64,000 nt of DNA from Chlorobium sp. (lineage in GTDB: Bacteria > Bacteroidota > Chlorobiia > Chlorobiales > Chlorobiaceae): the NCBI GenBank assembly GCA_005843835.1, contig SZXZ01000007.1, positions 3,747 to 67,746 on the forward strand, given 5' to 3'. Shown here in pieces: positions 31,948 through 40,881 of this stretch. The position numbers and the translations under genes are program-made. Under the pieces are notes generated by a model. That model made no database searches, had not been told where the DNA came from, and was given only the letters and a program-made list of their open reading frames with translations. How positions within the stretch are numbered: position 1 is the stretch's first letter; the number at the start of each line of letters is the position of its first letter.

Positions 31948-32012
31948 AGATTCTGCATAAAGCGGATTAATAGAATAACTTTACATAAATAAGCATAAGA
32001 CGAGGAGGCGCT

Positions 32013-33011
32013 ATGCAGCATGCTGTCGAACTTGAAGAACTTGGAGTACGGATAACGGAAGCCTCTCGTTTTATTGCAAAGGCAGAAGAGCAGCTTGCAC
32101 GTCGCGTAATCGGCCAGCATAATGTTATAAGGAGGATTTTTATAGCAATGCTTGTTAACGGCCATATACTGCTTGAGGGTGTACCTGGGCTGGCTAAGAC
32201 ACTCATTATCAGGACGTTTGCAGCAGCTATGAACCTGAAGTTCCAGCGTATACAGTTTACACCCGATATGCTTCCTGCTGACCTTATTGGTACGATGATA
32301 TACAATCCAAAGGATCTGGAGTTCTATCCCCGTAAAGGACCGGTTTTTGCCAATGTCATTCTCGCCGATGAAATCAATCGTTCACCGGCAAAGGTACAAT
32401 CCGCACTGCTTGAAGCCATGCAGGAACGCCAGGTAACAATTGGGACCCAGACCTTCCCCTTGCAGGAACCATTTCTGGTGCTGGCTACGCAGAATCCGAT
32501 CGAGCATGAAGGAACCTATGTTTTGCCCGAAGCACAAGTTGACCGGTTTATGATGAAGATTCTGGTCGATTATCCTTCGTACGATGAAGAGCTTGAGATC
32601 ATGCTTCAATCTGCCACAAATGCCACCGCCGCACCGATTATACCGGTTGTTCAGCCAGACGATATTGCCAAAGCAAGAACTTTGATTGATCTTATTTATG
32701 TAGATCCTAGGGTGCAGCGCTATATAGTTGATCTCGTTGTTGCAAGCAGAAAACCTGCACAGTATGGTATTGCCTCTCTTGAAACAATGATCGAATTTGG
32801 AGCTTCCCCAAGGGCCTCAATTTTTCTTCTGCTTGCATCCAAAGCTCATGCCTTTCTCCAGCACCGGGCTTATATCACTCCTGAGGATGTGAAGGCAATC
32901 GCCTATGATACTCTACGGCACCGAATAAGGCCTGGGTATGAGGCTGAGGCTGATAACATAAAGCCAGATGATATTATCCGTCAGATTCTTCAGCACGTGC
33001 AGGTTCCCTGA
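32013..33011 (+). CDS. MoxR family AAA+ ATPase
   Basis: LLEGVPGLAKT, RIQFTPDMLPAD, LADEINR, ATQNPIE, GASPRA; GGAGG RBS. Confidence 0.96.
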   Translation: MQHAVELEELGVRITEASRFIAKAEEQLARRVIGQHNVIRRIFIAMLVNGHILLEGVPGLAKTLIIRTFAAAMNLKFQRIQFTPDMLPADLIGTMIYNPKDLEFYPRKGPVFANVILADEINRSPAKVQSALLEAMQERQVTIGTQTFPLQEPFLVLATQNPIEHEGTYVLPEAQVDRFMMKILVDYPSYDEELEIMLQSATNATAAPIIPVVQPDDIAKARTLIDLIYVDPRVQRYIVDLVVASRKPAQYGIASLETMIEFGASPRASIFLLLASKAHAFLQHRAYITPEDVKAIAYDTLRHRIRPGYEAEADNIKPDDIIRQILQHVQVP

Positions 33012-33085
33012 CTCCGATATTCAGGTGCAGTCAGTTGACCTCAGAATGTGCGGTTGGAGACCGAACAATAAGTGGAGTCTATACC

Positions 33086-33976
33086 ATGGAAAGAAATGAA
33101 GATAATCTAAAAGAGCTTCAGAAAATAATAAGGCGCGTTGAAATTCGCTCGAAGCGTATGGCAAGCGAACAGTTCAGCGGGGAATATCATTCTTCGTTCA
33201 AGGGAAAAGGAATCGAGTTCAGCAATGTCAGAGAGTACCAGTATGGCGATGATGTCCGTGCGATTGACTGGAATACTTCTGCCCGTAAGTACGAATTGTA
33301 TGTCAAACTTTTTACCGAAGAACGCGAGAGGACTTTACTGCTGGTAGTTGATGGATCAGCATCGATGCTTTTTGGCAGCCAGCAGCGCAGTAAAAAGGAG
33401 CTTGCACTTGAAGTGAGCGCAGTACTCGCCTTCAGTGCAATTCAGAACAATGACAAGGTAGGGCTTCTTGTGTTTACTGACCGTGTTGAAACCTTTATTG
33501 CCCCGCGGAAAGGGAGGGATCATGTGCTGGTTATTCTAGAAGGGCTGTTCAGGCTGAAGCCTAAAAACCGGAAAACCGATATAAATCCGGCACTTTCTTT
33601 TATTCGCTATACACTTAGAAGGCAATCGATCATTTTTCTCATGACTGATCTGGTGGCCAGCGACTATGAAAAAGGTATGAAACAGCTTAATGCCCGCCAT
33701 GATTTCATTCTTGTTCATATCAGTGATCCGCTTGATAAAGCTCTGCCTCTCAGTGCTCTGTTAGACCTTGAAGAACCTGAAACAGGATTCAGGCTTACAG
33801 TCGATGCAGGAAGTCAAAATGAAGTTACCCGATACCAGCAGGAAAAGTCAAGGCAGCATGAGGAACTCCGACTCCGTCTTCGGCGTATGCGCATTGACAC
33901 AGTTTATCTTGATACAAATCGATCTTTTATTGGTGATTTAAACTCTTTTTTCAGGTACCGTGAGCGGAAGGTTTAA
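33086..33976 (+). CDS. DUF58 domain protein (vWA-like MoxR partner)
   Basis: GEYHSSFKGKGIEF, REYQYGDDVRAIDWN, EERER, DGSASM. Confidence 0.93.
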   Translation: MERNEDNLKELQKIIRRVEIRSKRMASEQFSGEYHSSFKGKGIEFSNVREYQYGDDVRAIDWNTSARKYELYVKLFTEERERTLLLVVDGSASMLFGSQQRSKKELALEVSAVLAFSAIQNNDKVGLLVFTDRVETFIAPRKGRDHVLVILEGLFRLKPKNRKTDINPALSFIRYTLRRQSIIFLMTDLVASDYEKGMKQLNARHDFILVHISDPLDKALPLSALLDLEEPETGFRLTVDAGSQNEVTRYQQEKSRQHEELRLRLRRMRIDTVYLDTNRSFIGDLNSFFRYRERKV

Positions 33977-34922
33977 AAGGTATACATACGGAGTGATACA
34001 GAGGCTTCTTCTCTTGTTGCCTGCTTTGCTTCCAATGTATACGGCCTCCGTATATTCATCTGAGGCTTTTGGATCTGTTTCCGGTGTAACGGTAACTGTC
34101 ACCCCAGATAGTGTTCTTGTCGGCGACCGTATTCATTGTACTATTGGTGTAAAGCATTCGGCAAAGGATGTGGTCACACTTGAAGGTATTGACAGCTTAT
34201 CAGCGCAGCCATTAGAGATAATAAATCGAAAACAATCGTCTGTTGTTGTATCGCCGGGTACCCGTAAAGAAAGTTTTGAGTTTGAGTTTGCCGTTTTCGG
34301 AAGTGGCCGGAAACTTATGCCTCCTTTTACCGTTGTCGTTTCCAGTAGCGAAGGCAAGGAAGTAACCAGGGAGATCTACAGGCCATCGAGCGCAGTATTT
34401 ATCAAAGCGCTTACTGACTCCTCAATGCGGGAACTCCGCCCTATCAAGCCACCTATGAAGCCCTCGATACCACTTCTTTTACTGTTACCTGTTATTCTTG
34501 GAATGTTTGGTATCGCAGGCTTTGTTCTGCTCATGCTTTTTCTTCTGAAACGCAAAGTCCGATCTAGTGCGGAAAAGATTGATCCCGGTCAGGTAGCTCA
34601 GCGAAAACTGCGTAAGCTTGGATCAAGGCTTTCAGCCGGAATGCCGCCTCCCGAATGTTACGAAGAGCTCAGTAACATCATGCGTACCTTTCTTGAGAAA
34701 CATTACCGAATAAGGGCTCTTGAAGCGGTGACGCAAGAGATCGAGCGCGATCTGAAAAAACTTGGCGTTGCTGGTTTTGAAAGTATCATGAATCTTCTTG
34801 CGCAGGCTGACCTTGTGAAATTTGCCGATAGCCGCCCGGATGCGGAGGAGTCCCGGCAATCGCTTCGTAAGGCAGAAGAGGTCATCCGTTCAACACGTAC
34901 TCAACGTTCACCTGAAGAGTAA
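33960..34922 (+). CDS. Bat-cluster membrane-anchored protein
   Basis: Signal peptide, beta domain (VGDRI), one TM, then YEELSNIMRTFLE...ADLVKFA; overlaps the DUF58 stop. Confidence 0.8.
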   Translation: MSGRFKRYTYGVIQRLLLLLPALLPMYTASVYSSEAFGSVSGVTVTVTPDSVLVGDRIHCTIGVKHSAKDVVTLEGIDSLSAQPLEIINRKQSSVVVSPGTRKESFEFEFAVFGSGRKLMPPFTVVVSSSEGKEVTREIYRPSSAVFIKALTDSSMRELRPIKPPMKPSIPLLLLLPVILGMFGIAGFVLLMLFLLKRKVRSSAEKIDPGQVAQRKLRKLGSRLSAGMPPPECYEELSNIMRTFLEKHYRIRALEAVTQEIERDLKKLGVAGFESIMNLLAQADLVKFADSRPDAEESRQSLRKAEEVIRSTRTQRSPEE

Positions 34923-35000
34923 TTGTTTACTCCGCAGGTACAGCCAGACTGTACTTTCCTTAAGTTTTCTTAAAATTGGTAAACACCGTTTACTCTTTAA

Positions 35001-35195
35001 TCATAAGCTTTGGAGTTCGCCGACAGTACAGCACTCTTCAGTTTTTGAATCAGATTTTTCAATTGCAGGCGTGGCTTCGGTTTTTACTGTTTGGTTGGTA
35101 TTATCTGATTGATTGTCTTCTGCCAAGGAGACGTTTCCAACGAGACCTACCATCCCAAGAGATAAGATAATGCCGACAAAAAGATGCTTTTTCAT
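35001..35195 (-). CDS. Small secreted protein (64 aa)
   Basis: MKKHLF + hydrophobic core + SLA cleavage site; acidic mature part containing CC. Confidence 0.65.
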   Translation of the reverse strand: MKKHLFVGIILSLGMVGLVGNVSLAEDNQSDNTNQTVKTEATPAIEKSDSKTEECCTVGELQSL

Positions 35196-35226
35196 ATGGT
35201 TCGGTTGCTAAAAGTTAGTTGAGGGA

Positions 35227-35961
35227 TCAGATGCCGATCTTTAGACCGAGCAGGACGCTGTTGCTTGTTAATCTGTTATTTTCAAACGTTGTATCAACGG
35301 TGACGTTAGTTGTAAAGTAACGGTAGCGGGCATCAAGACTTATATTGTGACCGATCGGGACCGTAACCCCTAAGCCGATCTGGTAAGCAAATGCAGTTTC
35401 ATCTATTGAGGGCATATCAGCTGGTCCACCAGGCAAAGCAAAGCCGTTGGTATTGACAGTAGCGAAGCCCGCACCTGCAGTTATATAGGGTTGTGCTGAG
35501 CCGAAAACAGGAATATCAAAATATCCGTTGGCTAGAAAAGAGACTACAGAAATATTCCTGTTAACTCTTAAACCATAATCATAATGATTGTCGTTCGTCT
35601 GATAACCGACTTCACCTTCAAGGCGACAATTGTTGTTGAAGCCATAGCCTATAGCCCCAAGCATCGTGATACCTGAATTATTATGTCCAAAACCATTATA
35701 ATTCCCAAAATAATCAACATTATTTATTTCGGTCTCACCAATATTGGCGCTAACGTATGATCCCTGGGTTGGTGAGGATGGTGCCATCCACCCAGGATGG
35801 TGTCTATACACCACAGAAGGAGAAGGAGTCCACATACCATTGCCGGTTTCGATAGCTGTATCTGGTATCGCTCTTCTTGTATATCCTGAATTTTCAGCAA
35901 ATGCAGTTGTTGCCCAAATGCCTGAACCTGCAACCAATAACGCCAGGAGTATCTTTTTCAT
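35227..35961 (-). CDS. Outer membrane beta-barrel protein (OmpA-like/opacity-type, 8 strands)
   Basis: MKKILL..AFA signal; GAIGYGF, RLEGEVGY, LANGYFD, PYITAGAG, AYQIGLG, LDARYRYF. Confidence 0.88.
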   Translation of the reverse strand: MKKILLALLVAGSGIWATTAFAENSGYTRRAIPDTAIETGNGMWTPSPSVVYRHHPGWMAPSSPTQGSYVSANIGETEINNVDYFGNYNGFGHNNSGITMLGAIGYGFNNNCRLEGEVGYQTNDNHYDYGLRVNRNISVVSFLANGYFDIPVFGSAQPYITAGAGFATVNTNGFALPGGPADMPSIDETAFAYQIGLGVTVPIGHNISLDARYRYFTTNVTVDTTFENNRLTSNSVLLGLKIGI

Positions 35962-36094
35962 TTCTTTACGGATTTGTGTATTAAAGAAGAGAAACTTACC
36001 CTTTATTGACTCCCTCATCACTTAGCGCGCCTAGCAAATCATGTAAACTTAATAACCAAGGCGGAAGTTCCTTAATCGGTCATTCCTGTGAATG

Positions 36095-36619
36095 TTAGTT
36101 ATCTTTTTTTTCGCTCTCATCCCTTAGGCTGTCACCAGAAGAATCCTCTGGATTTTTAGTTTCATTTACCTTGTTATTTCTATTCTCCCTATTACGGTAC
36201 TCAAGGTCACGAACTTTTCGTATGTCATCAATGCGATGTTTTTTTATGATATCAGGAAGATCGTTTTCATCAATAACATCCCAGGGGCCTTGGTAAAACG
36301 GAGAAGAATAACAGTAGTTTTTTCCGTACAGATAGTAATAATGGTCGAAGTAGAATATATCGTAAGGAGTTCCAATGGACACTGAAAACCCATAACTTGG
36401 CAGGACAATAAAAGTTGGACGTGATTCGATAACTAAATATCCGCCATTCAACCTCCAATACGGGTCTTCTTCCCATCTCCAATATGGGTCTCGTAATCCC
36501 CAATATGGACCCCCTCCCCAAATACGAGGATGCATTCTGCCTCTCGCTTCTGCAGCCGATGGAACAGTACCAAGAAGTATTAAAACAATTCCTGCTGCCA
36601 GACAGATATTATTTTTCAT
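36095..36619 (-). CDS. Secreted aromatic-rich hypothetical protein
   Basis: Signal peptide ending AEA, PYW repeats, PYDIFYFDHYYYLY...YQGPW, charged tail. Confidence 0.7.
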   Translation of the reverse strand: MKNNICLAAGIVLILLGTVPSAAEARGRMHPRIWGGGPYWGLRDPYWRWEEDPYWRLNGGYLVIESRPTFIVLPSYGFSVSIGTPYDIFYFDHYYYLYGKNYCYSSPFYQGPWDVIDENDLPDIIKKHRIDDIRKVRDLEYRNRENRNNKVNETKNPEDSSGDSLRDESEKKDN

Positions 36620-36911
36620 AGATGATCTCCATTTAACAGGCATATAGTGCCACTCAAACCGGTTTTATAATGCTTTGAGTCAAAATGCTTACTTCATCAT
36701 AGTTATGTTACTATAAATTTTTGACGACCATTTTATTTAATTCCAGCGCTTGAATTTAATTTTTTGAAACGTATTGTAAGGAAAATGCAGTACTGAAAAG
36801 CCACATAGAAATATTTTATTAGTCAACCGCACGTTTTTCAAAAACTTACCATCAAAATGGAAATCATTCATATGAAAAAATCCATTGATGAAGTTGTAAA
36901 TGTTGAGAAGG

Positions 36912-36995
36912 CATAAACTGAGCTATAACTAAAGCAGCAAAGAAGGTGCTTCCGGTGACGCATGGGGTTGTAGCGTTAGATGAGGCTGTATTTGA
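36912..36995 (+). pseudogene. Decayed remnant resembling the C-terminus of a DUF4266 gene
   Basis: Reads HKLSYN*SSKEGASGDAWGCSVR*GCI*, similar to the DUF4266 ending (H.Y.S[RK]E...GG...GCGC); immediately upstream of the DUF3570 fragments. Confidence 0.45.
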
Positions 36996-37019
36996 ATCAT
37001 TTTCAATTGTAGAATAACG

Positions 37020-37978
37020 ATGGTATCTGTTTCGATATACAATTCTAAGGCTTTTGGAATAGCTCTTCTTACAGCAGCATTATCTTTGCCGTCGCGGCAG
37101 TTTGCCCATGCTGAAGCTCAGCCTGATCAACGTGTGGTAAGCTTTAAGTACCTTCATTATCAAGAGAGCCAAATTGGTGATAGTATAAATGTTATAACCG
37201 TTATAACCGGGGCTTCTTAAGCTGGATCGTTCAGCCGAATGGGCGTCAATGCCTGCGCAATTACAGCTTTGCTCCCTGTATCTGGTGACGGGTCGATAGG
37301 GAAAACATACACCTCTGATTCAGTGTCCGGTGCGTCTCCTATGTATCATTCCTCAGGTTTGACAAAAATAACTGATTTACGGCGAGCAGCCCATGTTCAG
37401 CTTACCCGGTACTTTTCGAGTGGAACCTTGAGTATCGGCACAAGTTATTCAAAAGAGACCGATTACCTATCTCGGATCACTATAAGGTTAATGACGCCAA
37501 GCCTTCTGTGCGAAACAATACTACGTTTTTATCTCGATGGAACCATCATTTTGAGATGACTGATGGAACTGCGAAGCTTTCGTATCGATATTATTCAGAT
37601 ACTTTCGGGATTCGGGCGCATACTTTCAATGCTGAATATGTTCAACCACTGAGTCACGGTTGGACAGCTACCCCTTTACTTCGCTTTTACACTCAAAACG
37701 AGGCTGAATTTTATGTTTCGGAAATGGCAAATCCTATGCAGCCAACGCCTCCGTCCTCAGATGCTGTATATTATTCCGAAGACCAGCGCCTCTCTGCTTT
37801 TGGGGCAATTATCCTTGGCTTAAAAGTTAGTAAACAGATAAATCCGGAATGGCTTGTCGACGTTACTTATGAAGAATATGAGCAGCGTGGTAAATGGAGT
37901 GTCAATAGCAAAGGTGATCCCGGATTAGCTCCTTTCGGCGCAAGAAGCGTTCAGGTTGGAATTACGAAAAAGTTCTAA
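37020..37978 (+). pseudogene. DUF3570-family outer membrane protein pseudogene
   Basis: Three fragments: FKYLHYQE...TGAS, in-frame TAA at 37218-37220, DSVSGAS...SKETDYLS, then a frameshift to YRYYSDTFGIRAHT...YTQ..A.FY...DQRLSAFG...KKF. Confidence 0.8.
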
Positions 37979-38100
37979 AGACTTCACCCTTTCCAAAAGA
38001 AAGAGACCATTTTTGTGATAGGGGGCAGTGTTATTATTAAGGGTTGTTTCGTGGGGATATATCGGGGGATTTTGCATCTTTGAGGTAAAATTGTTCGATT

Positions 38101-39111
38101 ATGCAAGAGTGGTTTGATCGTATACCCGGTATTGAGCTTGCCCAGCCCTGGTGGTTACTCTTGCTGCCAGTATTACTAGCAGCGGCATGGTTAAGAGAGA
38201 GGCATTTTAGACTGGGTAAACAGCCAGCTATACTTTTTCCGGGTCTTGAGAGATTGCACGACTCAGGATTTGCGGTTGGTCGTTTTTTGCGGTTACTGCC
38301 TCAATGGTTGAGGTGGAGTGCTCTTATTCTTTCAGTTATTGCACTTACAGGGCCTCACCTCATCTACCGTCAAACTGAAGCTGAGGCAATGGGTATCGAT
38401 GTTATGCTGGTGCTTGATATTTCAGACTCAATGTCACAAAAAGATTTTGGAGGCGAAAGCCGTCTTGATGCAGCCAGAGAAGTTGCACGTAATTTTGTGC
38501 TGCACAGGTCAAACGACAGGATTGGGCTGGTAGTGTTTCGTGGAAAAGGATATACTCAGTGTCCCCTGACGCTTGATCATGAAGTACTTGCCATGCTGAT
38601 TGACCGACTTACTCCAACCATTATACAGGACGAAGGCACAGCCATTGGCACCGCTATTCTAATCGCTGTCAACAGACTTAAACTATCGGAGTCGTCACAC
38701 AAGGTTATTATTCTTATTACTGATGGCGAGAACAATACTGGTGAGGTGGGACCAGTAACTGCTGCAGGCTTTTCAGCCGATAGCGGGATAAAAATCTATG
38801 CTATTAACGCAGGATTTAAAACATCCAGTAATAAACTGGATTTGACTGGAGAAAAAGTCAATCATACAGTGATGGATGAGGAGTCGCTGCGCGGGATTGC
38901 TAAAATAACCGGTGGAAGGTATTTTGCAGTTAAAGATCCTGATGCTTTTAATGAAACAATGATATCAGTTAACCGGCTTGAAAAAAAACGGCTTACAGGT
39001 GCTGTTGTGGTTCACCGATCAAGCTTGTTTACTCAGTTGATGTTGACTGTGTTATTGTTACTTTTTGTTGAAATTATAGTAACAAATACCCGGCTTCTCA
39101 GAATACCTTAG
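38101..39111 (+). CDS. batA: vWA domain protein, BatA-like
   Basis: N-terminal PWWLLLL TM, MIDAS DISDSM, DRIGLVVF, CPLTLDH, GTAIG, LITDGENN, TGGRYF, C-terminal TM ending RIP. Confidence 0.88.
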   Translation: MQEWFDRIPGIELAQPWWLLLLPVLLAAAWLRERHFRLGKQPAILFPGLERLHDSGFAVGRFLRLLPQWLRWSALILSVIALTGPHLIYRQTEAEAMGIDVMLVLDISDSMSQKDFGGESRLDAAREVARNFVLHRSNDRIGLVVFRGKGYTQCPLTLDHEVLAMLIDRLTPTIIQDEGTAIGTAILIAVNRLKLSESSHKVIILITDGENNTGEVGPVTAAGFSADSGIKIYAINAGFKTSSNKLDLTGEKVNHTVMDEESLRGIAKITGGRYFAVKDPDAFNETMISVNRLEKKRLTGAVVVHRSSLFTQLMLTVLLLLFVEIIVTNTRLLRIP

Positions 39112-39181
39112 CGTATTGTCTTATAGTTTTTCGTGCATCAGGCTAATCATCGAAGCGCCTACAGGACTAGGATAATAACAT

Positions 39182-40201
39182 ATGAGTTTTGCATGGCCTG
39201 AATATATCGGATACCTGCTTCTTCTAATTCCACTTGCTGTGATTCTCGGTTATGGAGTTATACGACAGCTTAATGCTCGAGCAGTTGTTGTTGGGTCACT
39301 GATGCCCAAATCTATGATGCCCGGTTTGTCGTTGTGGGTAATTATTCTGAAAAAAGTGATGCTGTTCTGTGGAGTTGGTTTTTTGCTGTTCTCATTGAGT
39401 GGTCCTCGGCTTAGCAGTGGAGGACGACCTGTATTACGCAAAGGTGCTGATATTGTTTTTGTGCTTGATGTATCGCGTAGCATGAACGCAAAAGATGTCC
39501 AGCCCGATCGACTCGCTCAGGCAAAACAAGAGATAGTCAGTATAAGTCGTGCCGTTAATGGAGGCAGACAGGCTATTTTGCTTTTTGCAGGAGCTCCTTT
39601 TGTGCAGTGCCCTCTTACTACTGATCACGCAGCATTTGAGGATTTACTTGGTATGGCTTCATCCGATCTTATTGAGGACCAGGGCACAACTTTTCGTTCA
39701 GCACTTGAGCTTTGCGAAAAACTCTTGCAACCTGGAAAAGAAAACATAGCTGATTCAGGGATAAAAGGAGAGAAAATCGTGGTGCTGTTGAGTGATGGAG
39801 AGGATCATGCGGGCGATTTTGTAGACGAAGCTAAAAAAATGAAAAAAGAAGGGACTCATTTTTTTGCTGTCGGGGTGGGCATGAATTCACCAGTCGAGAT
39901 TCCTTTGAATGAAAGCTCAGGGGTAAAGAAGGATGCACACGGAAAAGCTGTTAAAACAACCTTCAGGGAGGAATCTCTTAAGATGCTGGCACTTGAAACA
40001 GGCGGATTTTATTTTCACAGTAAGGCGGATCATATGGTTTACACTGAACTCGCCGAAAAAATCAACAATATTTCAGCTTCATCCCGATGGATAATGGAAC
40101 CGGTTGAACGTCTTCCTCTGGCTCAATATTTTCTTGCGGCAGGTCTTTTTTTTGTGTGTGCAGAAACCATGACTGGTATAGGAAGAGGTAAGCCACGGTA
40201 A
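39182..40201 (+). CDS. batB: vWA domain protein, BatB-like
   Basis: MSFAWP, DVSRSMNAKDVQPDRL, CPLTTDH, LSDGEDH, GVG. Confidence 0.86.
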   Translation: MSFAWPEYIGYLLLLIPLAVILGYGVIRQLNARAVVVGSLMPKSMMPGLSLWVIILKKVMLFCGVGFLLFSLSGPRLSSGGRPVLRKGADIVFVLDVSRSMNAKDVQPDRLAQAKQEIVSISRAVNGGRQAILLFAGAPFVQCPLTTDHAAFEDLLGMASSDLIEDQGTTFRSALELCEKLLQPGKENIADSGIKGEKIVVLLSDGEDHAGDFVDEAKKMKKEGTHFFAVGVGMNSPVEIPLNESSGVKKDAHGKAVKTTFREESLKMLALETGGFYFHSKADHMVYTELAEKINNISASSRWIMEPVERLPLAQYFLAAGLFFVCAETMTGIGRGKPR

Positions 40202-40322
40202 CGTCTATTCAGTGCATTCTTTGATTGGCTCTAACTTTCTATTCTTGTTGAAAAACAATGTTATATTTCCGTTATTAATAGATCGACGGGTTGCCTTTTA
40301 ATAGACGAAAATCAGAAATGTT

Positions 40323-40622
40323 ATGGAGCAGCAAAACACAGGTCAGAAAGTTCTTGATTCTCTTGAAAGGGCGAAACTTGGGTTAAAGGTCTTCAATTTG
40401 CCCTTTGATGAAGCAGAGGAAGTTATTGATGAATACGTCAGTCAGGGCAATTATGATCCTGCAAGTGTAGAGCTTTTTAAGGATCAGCTCGATACTCAGC
40501 GACACATTCAAGAGAAAAGTGCTGAATTGATTTCTACCAGTGCCCAGATTTTTCGTTATGTTTTAAGTTCAGTCATTAAAAACTGGCCTAAACCACCTGA
40601 GGAAAATCAGTCTAATTCCTGA
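40323..40622 (+). CDS. Hypothetical helical protein (99 aa)
   Basis: Clean ORF with a TGTTATATT extended -10-like motif upstream and a hairpin downstream (~40651-40678). Confidence 0.7.
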   Translation: MEQQNTGQKVLDSLERAKLGLKVFNLPFDEAEEVIDEYVSQGNYDPASVELFKDQLDTQRHIQEKSAELISTSAQIFRYVLSSVIKNWPKPPEENQSNS

Positions 40623-40881
40623 GTAAAATGGGATAAAAGTTGGGAGAATGTAAAAACCCGAGTTTTTATGGGTTTATATTATTCTTTATAGGTTACGGCA
40701 TATCACATTGTATGTCGCAACCTTTTTTTCTGTCCGGTATTGCGTAGTAAGCCGGGTAATACAATCTTTAACTTTTTTGGTATTCACGTTGTTATACAGT
40801 TAGTGGGTTCTTAGCCCTGACAAAGTTCTTCAGCAGAGTATAACGGGTTGTTAAGAACCGAAAACCAAAACAATTAGAATT

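Noticed and set aside
37218-37220. Stop-codon recoding in the DUF3570-like gene
   Set aside because: The stop is TAA and comes with a frameshift and other lesions, consistent with pseudogenisation.
40811-40843. CIRCE-like TTAGCCCTG...GAGTATAA upstream of clpB
   Set aside because: Spacing and right arm do not fit TTAGCACTC-N9-GAGTGCTAA.
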